Source: Octopus sinensis (Eukaryota). From it: DNA of 64,000 bases. Both the position numbers and the translations under genes were made by a program. The notes below the pieces were generated by a model that did not search any database, was not told the origin of the DNA, and was given only the letters and a program-made list of their open reading frames with translations. Numbering within the stretch: position 1 is the first letter of the stretch; each line of letters opens with the position of its first letter. Of the stretch, positions 51,525-64,000 are shown in pieces. The DNA lies in contig NC_043002.1 in assembly GCF_006345805.1 (NCBI RefSeq), forward strand, positions 64,666,001 to 64,730,000, read 5' to 3'.

Positions 51525-52280
51525 ATGTCTTTCAAAGATAGTTACTCTAATAAGGCTACTAATACTAAAACAATTTCGTTAATTACTTCTTATGGGAGGC
51601 AAATTAAATCTAATCTTCCTTTGCAGTTTCATAAAGCTATTATTAGGAATTTTCGAGGAATTTACGTATTATCAACTCACACGTTTAGGATTGGTTTTTC
51701 CAACACCAAAAATCTCTTACAAATTATCTCCTCACATAATAGTAGCCTGTTAAATAGGGATAACTTTACTAATACTAACATTAATTTAGCTAATAACATC
51801 CATCCCCCTAGAAATATTAATAACAAGGTTATTGTATCTGAAGTGAATTACAACAGAATCAAGGTTATGTCAAATAACTCTAAAATTACAATTCTATATA
51901 CCATTAAATAATTCCCTCTGGTAACGAAGTATTTTTTATATAGGCAGTTCATTTTCTCAGTTATCTAAAAGAATTTCTAATCACTACTCTACCTTTAGGG
52001 ATAGGAATAAACGTAACAGTACAGGGATTAGTAAATTAATTTGGTATGTAAAAGACTACAATAAAGAAATTAATTTAGATTGCTTGATACGCTCAATTTC
52101 GATACCTCATGATAAAGGCAAAGAATTCTGTCTTCTCTGTAATTCTGAACTATTTTTATTCTGTTTTTTAAAACTCCCCTCGTATACACGAATATAGAGC
52201 GTGCATACAGATGTAAAGATTGGCAAAAAACAACTTCAGTTCATATAAGTGATATCTACCATTATATATAATTTAAACAT
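51525..52280 (+). pseudogene. Possible Penelope-like element remnant (RT-endonuclease linker)
   Basis: ORF 51525..51911 contains LITSY...I.RNF...FRIGFSNTKNLLQII, similar to the PLE linker (AF/YxxxKNLxxxL). A downstream CLLC is present. Divergent. Confidence 0.35.
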
Positions 52281-52737
52281 TAATTTTCTTCTTACATTTC
52301 ACATTCACTAGATATATCTTTTTCCAAGACTTCAGGGTTTTGTTTAATATATATATCGTTATATACTTCTCATTTATTTGGTGTTCTTTACTTTACCCCT
52401 CCTCTTTTATAGACTACCTTTGACGTTATATCCTCTAAAGTTTTTTTAAAAAAAAAACGTAATAGCGTTCAGTTAATCATTATACATATACATTATATTC
52501 TGTTAAAATTTTTTATCGACGTGTTCCATTTCTCCATTTCCTTAAAGAGAAGATAACATTGTTTTACACCATTTTATTCCTTTGGAATAATACCAGTGAT
52601 ATCTTCAAAACGTGTGTCGGAATAACAACTTTGCTTAGCTCTATTTATATATATATATAATATATATATATATATATAGATATATATATATATAGATATA
52701 TATATATATATATGTGTGTAAATTTATATATATACAT

Positions 52738-52799
<62 letters not shown>

Positions 52800-53004
52800 G
52801 ACTGTATGTATGTATTTTTGTCGTTATTAATGTGATAGTGTGTATGCAGATATTATGTGAGATACTCTTTATATGTGAGTTCATCAATGTGTATGCCTGG
52901 GTGTATGCATGCATCTATTTATCGGCTGTTAGATGGAAAGACAGATAGAAAACATCACATATACATGCAACATTATAGATTTATTCTTTGTTTTTTATTT
53001 GTCA

Positions 53005-53600
53005 TGTTTTCATTCATTAGACTGCAGCCATGCTAAAGCACCACCTTGAAGAACTTATTTTTCAGTTTGGTATCTATTGAAAGGAAATCTTTTACCAAAC
53101 TCCTAAGTTGTGGCATATAAACACACCAACAGCGTGTGTTTATATGAAAGGCGGCGAGCTGGCAGAAACGTTAGCACGCCGGGCGAAATGCGTAGCCGTA
53201 TTTCGTCTGCCATTACGTTCTGAGTTCAAATTCCGCCGTGGTCGACTTTGCCTTTCATCTTTTCGAGATCGATAAATTAAGTGCCAGTTACGCACTGGGG
53301 TCGATATAATCGACTTATTCCGTTTGTCTGTCCTTGTTTGTCCCCTCTGTGTTTAGCCCCCTGTGGGTAGTAAAAAAAGGTGGTGGTGTCAAAGGCGTAA
53401 ACACCCACAAACTCATACATAGACACATCGATATATATTAACAGCCTCTTATAGTTTCTGTCTACCTAATCTACTCAAAAGGTTTTGGTCGGCCAGATGC
53501 TATGGTAGGAGACAATTGCCGAATTTGACACGATGTGGGATTGAACCAGGAACAATGCGGTTGAAAACCAAGCTTCTTACCTCATACCCACGCATGCACC
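53005..53600. mobile_element. SINE family B (-) interrupted by family-A SINE (+, 53148-53380)
   Basis: B tail at 53005-53135 and B head at ~53440-53600 are split by a full family-A copy carrying the GTTTGTCCCCTCTGTGTTTAGCCCC tail. Confidence 0.8.
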
Positions 53601-54014
53601 TTACATCTTTACATAGATGTATATACAATTACCTAGACTAATATTCACCGCAACATATTTTCTAATTGAGGTTTTCAGTCTCCATTCAAATAATGTCATG
53701 ATTCCGCTTACATTTCAATATGTCCGACAGTTGCGTTCTGAATTGCCTAATGCAATATCTCTACTTGTGAAATAGATTCTGCTCATTTTAAGTGATTTGT
53801 ATTTTGTTCATTACTTCGAATTAATGTATTCGTGAAATTTGCCAGCTTTAATGATACGTATATTTAAGGAAATTTGAGGGAAATATATTAAATAACTGCA
53901 GCAAGCGTTGTTGTTAGGAAACGTGTTACGAAAAGAAGAAAAAAACGAAACTGATATTTGCGAAGGAACTGAAAATAAATAAAACAGAAGACAAATCTAT
54001 TTGTGAGTGTGTGT

Positions 54015-54066
<52 letters not shown>

Positions 54067-54662
54067 TTTATACATATGTATGTATCAATAAACACATGCA
54101 TACAAATATGAAATTTTCAGACTTTCCGCTCAGGCAAATATGTGTCTGTGAGAAACTATATGCGATATATACAGTAACACGTGTATGTACATCTATGTAC
54201 TTCTATGATATTATACTTACACGATCCTACATAAACGCACACACATACAAACACACACATATATATATATTTATATTCATATGTTTACGGTATGTTTATA
54301 TGAGTGTGAGTTACTGTAAGGGGTACGTCTGTAATCGAATGCAGAATATTCATGCAATTATGAAAATAATCTCCATAATATGCATATTTATTTAAATATA
54401 TGTACGAGATTGTGTATACATACACACACACACATACATACACACACACGCACACACAGACAAACACCTACTCACATATATATATACATATGCTGATCAC
54501 ATGTATAAACATAGATTCTGATGCTCAACAGCCATACAATATCATTTATTATCATATAGTTTTTATATCCATACATATATATATATATATTATATTATAT
54601 ATATATACATAAACTATTATAATATATATATATATATTATTTAAATATTTATATATTTATAC

Positions 54663-54695
<33 letters not shown>

Positions 54696-54949
54696 TTCAT
54701 ACATATGTATGTATTCATATGTACATACATATATGTAGTAAGTATTCATGTATCTACGTACGTTTGCAAATGCAATATCTGTGAAATGAGGGTCAAAAGA
54801 TTAATGAGAAACCAAGGAAAAGGGATATATAAATATTAGTAAATATTTCTTAATTGCTTGTTTGTAGTAGCTTCTAAGTAGTTTCGCGCGTGTTGCATGA
54901 GCGTATAATATATATATATATATACATACATACACACACACACACACAC

Positions 54950-54994
<45 letters not shown>

Positions 54995-55219
54995 ATATGT
55001 ATGTATACATGCATGCATGTATGTATGTGTGTATGTATGTATGAAAGTATGTATGTATATATGAATGCATATATTTTGTATATATGTATATATGTATATG
55101 TATCTATATTTATATGAATATATATCCGCGCATGCGCGTGTGTGCATAGATACACATACGTTTGCCGGTGTGTGCTTATGTGTACATATATACTTGCGTT
55201 ACTACATATTCATATATAT

Positions 55220-55282
<63 letters not shown>

Positions 55283-55769
55283 CAGACATATGTGCTGTGT
55301 GTGTGTGCATGTAGCCTTAGTGCGGATAACTATAATGTCGTTTAAGTTAGTTAGAAGTATCGAATAAAGATCACCCTGTGCGGTTGTCATATTAACCAAA
55401 ACTATTTCTCTATAATTGTTAGTTGCTTATAAAACAACATGTGCCACTTACTAAAGTGTATGTTTGTAATTGCAGATTTCACGCATATTTGTGTCGAGCT
55501 GAGACTAGTATGCTAAACGTTATCTCTTTCTTAAATTCCTTTCTTCCTTTTCATCTTATGTGCTTTACTCAACTCTTCAGTTCTCTTTATGTCATGTTAT
55601 TTATCTCCGACCAGACCTATCTACTTCTAGAACTCATGTATAATGTATTTTGATGTAATTTTTGCTGTCCTTTATGCTCTTACTGCTATTATATAAATCA
55701 CAAAATGTAAATTGTTCAATATTTTTCTATACATGTATGCACACACACTCTCTCTGTATCTTTATAATA

Positions 55770-57030
55770 TTGGTTTATTCCATAAATAATTCGGTTTTTC
55801 AATTGCAAGAACTAAGAGTCTGATAAGGGACGAGATAAACTACCCGCATCAGCTTGGTATAAACGCACGTAGTAATTTTACATTGTCCTTATTCTTAGTG
55901 CAAGTGTTGAAGTGTGCAGTTCGATTTTAAATGTTATCTTTTCAAACCTATAGTGGACGTGACAAAGGAGAATATTCGGCATATTTTGCTTTATGTGTTC
56001 ACGAAAGGCAACAACACAACGGAAAGAGCGAGGAATATTAATGTAGTATATGGGGATCGGACTATAAGCGTAAGCCAGTTTCAACGGTTGTTGCAGAAAT
56101 TCTGAGCTAGAAACTACAGCGAAATAGATGAGCCTCGTCCTGGAAGATCTGTAGAGCTTGATGAGGATGTGTCCTGTAAACCCAGATGGAACGAAGTCCC
56201 ATCAGAACTCTTGAGAAACTAGCAGGAAAGCTTTGATTTGACCTCTGGAACATTCAACGACAACTGCGTGCCATCATAAAAGCCAGAAAATTGCGTCAAA
56301 AGTTTTCCTCACAAACTTTCCGCGTATAATCACGCGCAGAGGGTGAATGTGTGCTCTTCATTGCTGTCACCCCTCACCAATGAACCATTTTTGGACCGAA
56401 TAGTGACAGGTGACGAGAAATGGGTTCTCTATAAAAATACCAAGCGCCCAAGAGAGACGGCAGGGAAAGGAGAAACACTGGCACCCCAGGCTAAATAAGT
56501 TCTTCACCCATGTTAGGTGTTGTTATCTGTTTCTTGGGATATAAAATGCTTAGTCCACTTTGAAATTTAAACCCAAACCAAACGATAACAAAGGAGATCT
56601 ACTGCGAGGAGCTAGAATCCAAAGTCAGTGCTAAAATCCAAAAGACCATTGTAAGTTTCAAGTCGAATAGAGCATCAGGATTATGTTCGGTTGCAACAAG
56701 AGTAGATCAGAATCCATATGCTGGAGTAGTTTCAATGGGAAATTATGACTCAGCCATCATATTCGTTGGGCATTGCCTCATCTGATTATCATTTATTGTG
56801 CAGTCTCCAAAATTGTTTAAAGGGAAAAACTATGAATCCTGTAGACGATGTCAGAACAGTACTCGACAAGTTTTTTTCGTCACGTGAATGTTGGACGAGG
56901 GGGGCTTACATATCTGCCAGGTAGATGGAAGATCCTTGCAAAAAATGAAGGTGAGTGTATTATACATTGAAAAAGAACTTTGTTATCTTAATTTTGAAAA
57001 TTAAAAATATAAATATATGATTTCCGATAT
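55770..57030 (+). mobile_element. Decayed full-size mariner (DD34D-type) transposon
   Basis: TA followed by TIR-like TTGGTTTATTCCATAAATAAT at 55770. ENIRHILLY..KGNNTTE.ARNINVVYG, DEPRPGR, RIVTGDEKWVLY and WEI..QPSYSLGIASSDYHLL are present. Right TIR not recognisable. Confidence 0.85.
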
Positions 57031-57044
57031 CTCTCTCTTTCTCA

Positions 57045-57101
<57 letters not shown>

Positions 57102-57277
57102 CACACTCACACATCCACACACGTACACACACAGAGACAAACAGACACCACGCACATACACACACACACACATATATATATATATGTATGTATATATATA
57201 AAGAGAAAGAGAGACCTGCATGGGGTGGATGCTCCGTCGGTTACGGCGACGAGATTTCCCGCTGATACGATGAATGG

Positions 57278-57360
<83 letters not shown>

Positions 57361-57380
57361 ATATGTATATGTATGTGTGT

Positions 57381-57667
57381 GAAGGCGCGTGGCTTAGTGG
57401 CTACTGTATTCGACTTACGACTATTAAGTCGTGAGCTCAAATCCTGGCGACGCGCTCTGTCCTTGAGCAAGATACTTTATTTCACGTTGCTCCAGTCCCC
57501 TCAGCTGGCAAAAATGTGTAGTACCTGTATTTCAAAGGGCCAGACTTGTGGTACTGTTAGAATTACGCATGTCTGTGGAGTGCTCAGCCACTTGTTCATT
57601 GATTTCACAAGCAAGCTGTTCCATTCATCGTATCAGCGGTAAATCTTGTCGCCGTAACCGACGGAGT
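57381..57667 (+). mobile_element. CORE-type tRNA SINE (head 1 + tail Y)
   Basis: GGCGCGTGGCTTAGTGG head, CORE-like TGTCCTTGAGCAAGATACTTTATTTCACGTTGCTCCAGTC, and a tail shared with 15854-16218. Confidence 0.85.
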
Positions 57668-57683
57668 ATCCACTCCATGCAGT

Positions 57684-58020
57684 ATCTCTGGTCCTTCGGG
57701 AGTATATTGAAGAGCTGTGGACCTCCGAAGCCCAGGCTATTGCAGTTTCCTCCCCTACACCTTGATAGCAAATTTGGAATCTTTGGCATTATGCAGTGGC
57801 AACCAGTTCTAGTATTTGCGTAACTCTCGATGCCAAAGTTTGGTTCAAGTTCTTCCAGGATCTTCAAGATGTATATTATGGCATATCTGTCTCGCTTATG
57901 CTCTAAGGAATAATGTCTTAATCTCTTGAGTCTTTCCCAGTAGCTTATAGGGTGCATAGAGCATTTTCTTTGTGTAGCTTCGTTGGGTTGCCTCAAGTTC
58001 TGAGATTAATTTGAAGCTAG
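57684..58020 (-). pseudogene. CR1/L2/Jockey-group LINE C-terminal fragment
   Basis: SYWERLKRLRHYSLEHKRDRYAIIYILKIL, homologous to YWGRLEKLKLYSLQRRRERYII at ~38790. Confidence 0.8.
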
Positions 58021-58875
58021 TTGGTCACTATAGCTGAGAGCAATAGTCAAAGTGGCTTAGGACATGTGGGAATGTAGGTATTTTCACTGAGCCTTGCGAC
58101 GTTAAGTTGGACTTAGCTCGAATTATGACCATGTTATACTACGGAAGATTGAACATACATATTTTTTACAACATTTGTTTTACGATATTTTTTACGTTAT
58201 TATTACGCTCTAACGTTTACTTTTTAAATTAAGATTATAGTATTTTATCATTTTAAAATTTTTTCTCAATAGATTTCGTTACATTACTTTTTATACTTTT
58301 TGCATTTTGTAATTCATTCGTATATGTTTACGTCCACTTTTATCTATAATATTTATTCGAATATATATTTCTTTGTCACTGTTTATTTTCTCATCACTAT
58401 ATCATATACTTTCATTATTATAATTTTCCTCATTCGTACTTATTATTAATTTATATGTATGTTCCTAGGCATAAGACACGCTAGATTTTAGTTTTAAAAA
58501 TTTTTAATTTTCAAGTAATTAAAATATGGCTTGCACGGAAAGGTTCGGCGAATTTATTTGCACACCCGCATGTTTGTTTGTTTGTTACATAAGTAACTGA
58601 TAAAATATAAAAATATAAGAATAGTTATAGAATTATAAATAAGTTATGGAGATTCCTGATGATTGGGGTTGCAGGTAAGACATGTTTCTGGAAAAGACTG
58701 AGGGTCTCAGTAACGTTAAACGCACCTCATGAAACACATGTAGAAGAGGAATTTGGGAACTGAAATAGTAAGTATTAAATAAAATTCTATGTTATGGTGT
58801 GATCCATATTAGGATTTGATGAATTGCATGGAGACTTCTATCTGTAAATGACATATATATATATATATATATATA

Positions 58876-59251
58876 CACTACCGTCAGAAATTAATTAGCA
58901 CCCTTGATTTGCTCTTCACTCAAGGTATGTGCTGTCACCTAGTGGCCATATCTCGAACTATTGCTTTGTTGCGAGTTCACTGTTGCGCAGAACGATGACG
59001 TAACTTTGTTTGCAGAGCAGTTTGAGAGTCTACAGCCTTATGATGTTGACATAGCAGTGCAACAACAACTTGGAGTGCGGATGCAGACAAATTCTTTGTT
59101 TAATAGTATAGGTAGCGCCTCGCAAGGACCGAAATCACACCATACTAAGTTTTCTCAACGCGTAAGACGTTTTGAACAGCTCATAGGTTAATTGATTTAA
59201 CCTATTTAATGTAGAAATTTGAGAAGTGCCAATTAATTTCTGACGCAAGTG
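58876..59251. mobile_element. Tc1/mariner-type non-autonomous element (376 bp)
   Basis: 26-bp TIRs CACTACCGTCAGAAATTAATTAGCAC (58876-58901) and GTGCCAATTAATTTCTGACGCAAGTG (59226-59251), 23/26 match. TA on both flanks. Confidence 0.85.
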
Positions 59252-60220
59252 TATATACATATATATATGTTATAAGAGGTAATGGTGTCAGTGAGACCCA
59301 AAGGTGTCAGGCAGTGCTGAATAAGTGCTATAGATAGACCATATTAAATTCCCGGTTTGGTGATTATGCGAATAAGGGTTCCAACGTAGGTCATATGTCA
59401 GCGTGTGTATATGAAATTCATTTTTCCGTTTTGAGATAAAAAAAAAACAAGGCTGTGTAGATTTTCGAACATTTATAAATCGAATGTCTTACAGGTGTTT
59501 GTAGGATATTTATTATATCACTTCATCGGAGACGGTTTGAGAAGATGGTTAAGCAATAGTTAATTTAGATACAATATCCCTGCATATCTCACATCTATAT
59601 TCAGTCATCAACCTCACTCTATATTTCGTATCTTATCTAGTAAAACGTCCGAAGAATAGTAAAGCCTATTACTTTTAAATGATTTTGGATTGCCGCTAAA
59701 ACAGGACTTTTGTGTTCATGTCTCATTCGGTTTCAATATTTTTGATAGTTTGAAACATGAACAGGAATAGTAATTAATATTCAAATAAATGAAATTCCTT
59801 TCAATAAAACTTCGTGCACTTGCAGTTATGATATAACAAAAAATATAGTTACATGAGCTGGTACTTGAGGAAACTTTGCATGCAGAGTTGAAATACACGA
59901 AACTGCATACACGTAACATATTTATGCGTTTATACATAATTATGTACACGTATGTATTTGTGTCTCTGTGTGTGTATGTGTGTGTGTATATATACATGTA
60001 TGCCTGTATTAAATGTATATTATATAGCCGTTGGTGTGTGTGTACATATATATATATATGTATGTAAATGAATATATACAAATATGTACATAACTATATA
60101 TTTAATATAATTTAATAAATATTGTTTATATATAAGGCATTTGTGCGCGCATGTATGCGTGTCTTGATGCCTTTGTGAGTGTCTTTATGCGTGCATCTGT
60201 ACGTAAGTATGTGTACATAT

Positions 60221-60293
<73 letters not shown>

Positions 60294-61095
60294 TGTATGT
60301 ATATAATACATATATGACATTTGTCTGCATATATGAGCGTATTTTCAACCCACCGAACATACTTCCCGTACTTCCAACCATACCATATTTATGCCAATGT
60401 GTATGTAAACGCAGTCATCGCCAAAATTCCTCCGTATTCTTTATTTAAACACAATAACTTCTATATTATAACGTCGAGAGCTTGCAGTGTTTTCTCTTTG
60501 TTTTAGCACAATCCATCCAGACTTGGCGCCAAAAAGCGGAAGAAATATTATTGACCCGCAAGCTGGTAATATTAATTAAAACTATACTTCAATGGCGGAT
60601 AACATTGATCGCTGGTCAGAGGCGGAAGTGAAGTGAAGTTGGAGTTAGTGACTTCATCAGGCAATAGTTGGGAGATGTTTGCAACACAAGTTCTAACGGA
60701 TGAACATAGAAAAATATCACAATTATCAAACACATCCTCCCATACAAACCAACATCGACACTGACGACTGCCAACAACAGTAGCATCATCATCATTGTCG
60801 TCGTCGTCGTCATTACCATCATCATCAAAAGCAGCAGCATTTTACATATCGATAACTCCAATGTTTCCATGTTTCCATTGTGTCAATAACTTTAATATTA
60901 AAATTATTAATCTACACACAAATAATAATTCTTTGTATGTGAACATATACACACGAGCTCATACACACATATATACATATAAATATGTGAATATATGTAT
61001 AGATATACATATAAATTTTTACCTTCTAATTCTTCTTCTTCTTAATCATCATTTTCTTCTTATCTAGCACCTTCTCGCCGATTTATTTTTCTTTC

Positions 61096-61240
61096 CAGTT
61101 CTATATTTAAGAGATGAGGAATTATGTACATTATTTACATTATATACATTTGACGGATATTTGTCCTCATCTTGTTTGTTGTTAACACAACATTTCGGCT
61201 GCTATACAATCCAACCTTCGTTAGGTGTCTTGGGGAGACT
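61096..61240 (-). ncRNA. Hammerhead-like repeat, family H1
   Basis: Reverse complement of 61184-61230: AGACAC-CTAACGA-A-GGTTG-GATTGTATAG-CAGCC-GAAA-TG-TT-GTGTT. Confidence 0.6.
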
Positions 61241-61242
61241 TT

Positions 61243-61322
61243 GTAGTGGCTAATAGCGCAGGCTACTAACACCAAGATTCCGAGTGCAATTCCGGGTAGT
61301 GATCGGAATAGTAGTAGTAGTA

Positions 61323-61380
<58 letters not shown>
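61243..61380 (+). mobile_element. tRNA-derived head + (AGT/AAT)n tract
   Basis: Gapless homologue of ~1140-1214; the first ~10 nt are missing where the inverted H1 copy abuts. Confidence 0.65.
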
Positions 61381-61381
<1 letters not shown>

Positions 61382-61855
61382 GATGGGCTACAGCAAATAT
61401 TCTGCTCAATACCACAGATTTGCTTGTCAGTGTTTGACCTTAACCAGTTGAGCATGTCCCTTAGTGGCTGACGACATGTGCATCTCTGATCACGAGCAGA
61501 AGTAGTGGGGGAGCATCATAGCCATGTGTGTTGAGAGGATTATTTGGGGTTTGAATAGTTCACCTCTGGAAACATGGGTGGTTTCTTCAACATCCTTAAA
61601 CAACCCTTATTCAGGGACCTTTTGAGCGGGATGGCTACTCAACCTGAAGAAAATTCTAACTGGGCCCCACCTGCAAGGTCATGTGCTGTTTATCTTGATA
61701 TGAGATCACTATGTCGCGCACATATGGCTGTGATGCATGTGCCTGGTGTACCCTTATCAGACGGGTAGTCATGATGGGTATATTGGGCTTCGTATATTTT
61801 ACCCCAGTGTCACTTTGATGGCATGCACTGCTCTCTCACTCAATAATAATAATTA
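61381..61855 (+). mobile_element. AAT-tailed non-coding interspersed repeat (~470 bp)
   Basis: Flanked by (AAT)n on both sides; its 3' end recurs at 25835-25937. No recognisable protein motif. Confidence 0.75.
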
Positions 61856-61885
61856 TAATAATAACAGAAGAAGAAGAAGAAGACC

Positions 61886-62020
61886 GAAAAATACCTTAGG
61901 AATGTGAACACAGGTTCGAAAATCCCCAAGACTCCTGATGAAGGCTGGAGGGTATAGCAGCCGAAAAGTTGTTAACAACAAACAAGACGAGCACAAATAT
62001 ACATCAAATGTAAATAATGT
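61886..62020 (+). ncRNA. Hammerhead-like repeat, family H1 (intact core and stem II)
   Basis: CTGATGA (61935-61941), A, GGCTG-GAGGGTATAG-CAGCC, GAAA (61963-61966). Stems I and III are damaged in this copy. Confidence 0.65.
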
Positions 62021-62321
62021 TCTTATTTTTGTCGTCATATCTTTTTATCATCATTATGCCGCTTTGGAAAACAGAAAATACTTAGCGATAATTCTTCTTG
62101 AGATTTATGTCTTGAGCTCCGATCAAGCCGAGTTCAACTTCATATTTCAGTATCTCGGGATCAATAAATTAAAGTATCAATTAGTTATCGGCCTTGATGA
62201 GATCAACTTTTCATCACTATCTTCAATATTGCTTGCTTTGTGCCAAAACGAGGAAGAATTGTTATTGTTATTTTACTATTTTTGTTTGTCTTCTTATAAA
62301 GATCATTATTATTATTATTAT

Positions 62322-62690
62322 TCTATGTTTGACTTTTGCTTTATGTTTGTACAAGTTGGCTCCAAGTCTCACCCAGAGACCTCAAGAGACAACAGGTTGG
62401 AAGTTTGAGGTTTTTCTTATGCCTAGCGTGCCAAATATTTGGGGGGTTTTTTGGTGTTGTACTAGTGAATGTCTAATAAATAATTTTTTTTTAAAAAGTT
62501 TGTTTTAAACCTTGAGATTACATAGAGAGTATTTTGCGTAGGATATGTAGCAGTTCCCATGAACACTATCTTTTGAATTTCTGCCATTTTGGGGTTTCCT
62601 GTTATCTGAGTTAGGTAGCAATCAGCCCCTTTCGCTATCATTCCCAGGGCACCTATGACAACAGGTATTGTTTTAGTCTTCAAGTTTCAC
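62322..62690 (-). mobile_element. R4/Dong 3' end, subfamily 3
   Basis: KTKTIPVVIGALGMIAKGADCYLTQITGNPKMAEIQKIVFMGTA; (ATT)n on both sides. Confidence 0.85.
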
Positions 62691-62732
<42 letters not shown>

Positions 62733-62854
62733 CATTATATTATTATTATTATTATATTATTATTATTATTATTATTATTATTATGATCATAATCATCATC
62801 ATCATCATGATCATCATCATCATCATCATTATTATTATTATTGTTGTTATTATT

Positions 62855-63067
62855 AAGGCAGCGAGCTGGTAGAATCGTTAGCACGCCGGGCGAAATGCTT
62901 AGCGGTATTTCATCTGCCTTTACGTTCGGAATTCAAATTCCGCAGACGTCAACTTTGCACTTCATCGTTTCGGGGTCGATAAATTAAGTACCAGTTACGT
63001 AATGGGGAAGATCTAACCGACTGGCCCCCTCCCACAAAATTTCGGGCCTTGTGCCTAGAGTAGAAAT
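62855..63067 (+). mobile_element. Family-A SINE with (ATT)n tail
   Basis: Full head, central block and GGCCTTGTGCCTAGAGTAGAAA tail running into (ATT/ATC)n. Confidence 0.88.
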
Positions 63068-63110
63068 GATTATTATTATCATTATCATCATCATCATCAT
63101 CATCATCATT

Positions 63111-63143
<33 letters not shown>

Positions 63144-63438
63144 ATTATTACTATTATTATTGTTATCATTATTATTACTATTATTCTTCATATTAAATTA
63201 TTATATTATTATTATTATTATATTATTATTATTATTATTATTTTATTTATATTATTATAGTATTCTTATTGTTATTATATCATTATTATTATTATTATTA
63301 TTAATTTATTATTCACTTATTTTTACTTAAATTTCATTCCAGATGAAATTTTTTCTTTATCAGGAGATTTTATAAATACAAGAATAAATGCGTACATATA
63401 TACGTAAACATATATACAAACAGACACACACACTTACG

Positions 63439-63469
<31 letters not shown>

Positions 63470-63605
63470 ACACAAACATGCAGCTTCATTTAGATGTTGT
63501 CCAAGGTAATGGGAAATAATATTGTTGTTGCATCATTTTAGTTATTATTTTAGTACGCATTTATCTCCCACCTATTTATCACCAATCTCTGTAGCTGATA
63601 AATAG

Positions 63606-63633
<28 letters not shown>

Positions 63634-63636
<3 letters not shown>

Positions 63637-63790
63637 AGAGTTTACGAAAAAGAACAAAAGACGAAGACAGGTAGTGTACAAAACAAACAGATATGTTAGT
63701 ATAATGCTCAGGAATAGAAAATGTCTTTCACGTTTCGAGCCTACGCTCTTCTACAGAAAGGGACACAGAAAAAACAAGGAGAGAAAAAAA
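63634..63790 (-). ncRNA. Hammerhead-like repeat, family H2
   Basis: Reverse complement of 63725-63760: CTTT-CTGTAGA-A-GAGC-GTAG-GCTC-GAAA-CG-TG-AAAG. Ends in (TA)n. Confidence 0.55.
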
Positions 63791-63817
63791 CGATCTATCA
63801 TATATACATATATATAT

Positions 63818-63866
<49 letters not shown>

Positions 63867-64000
63867 AGACTGACAGAGAGCTTCTTACATAGAGAAACAC
63901 ATATTGAATTACTTGATTGAATTACTCCCATTTATAATTTGAGCAATATATATATTTTCTGAAAATATATGAAAATTATGAAAAACGTCATATTTAGTGC

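Noticed and set aside
58645-58700. First exon MEIPDDWGC with strong donor CAG|GTAAGA
   Set aside because: There is no downstream partner exon, and IPDDW is also typical of RTE-type RT remnants; cannot be resolved from sequence.
60570-60720. Internally deleted mariner (MADNIDRWSEAEVK, QVLTDEHRK)
   Set aside because: The two short motifs are suggestive, but I found no TIRs or catalytic motifs, so it is too weak to list as a feature.

Overview
AT-rich animal genomic DNA that is almost all repeat. Microsatellite density and the SINE families suggest an octopod cephalopod; this is my inference, not a database result. I cannot support any host protein-coding gene, rRNA, true tRNA or CRISPR array. 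Most long ORFs in the track are translated microsatellites. Supported features: (i) at least 8 fragments of R4/Dong-type RLE non-LTR retrotransposons, all next to TAA repeats in the same polarity; (ii) three pieces of a CR1/L2/Jockey-group LINE; (iii) several tRNA-derived SINE families; (iv) a decayed mariner, a Tc1-type MITE, Helitron remnants and Penelope-like (PLE) remnants; (v) a 22-23 bp minisatellite. The most interesting signal is nine short repeats in three families that each fit a minimal type-I hammerhead ribozyme, with stems that covary between families. One family follows a tRNA-like head and an (AAT)n tract at two loci, suggesting a ribozyme-bearing SINE/retrozyme. The other two carry family-wide non-canonical core bases and end in (TA)n. 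Also notable: a ~200 bp LTR-like module with a perfect 5-pentamer heat-shock element plus CRE and MRE motifs, and a ~130 bp loopless palindrome. Element boundaries were read by eye and are approximate unless a motif position is given.
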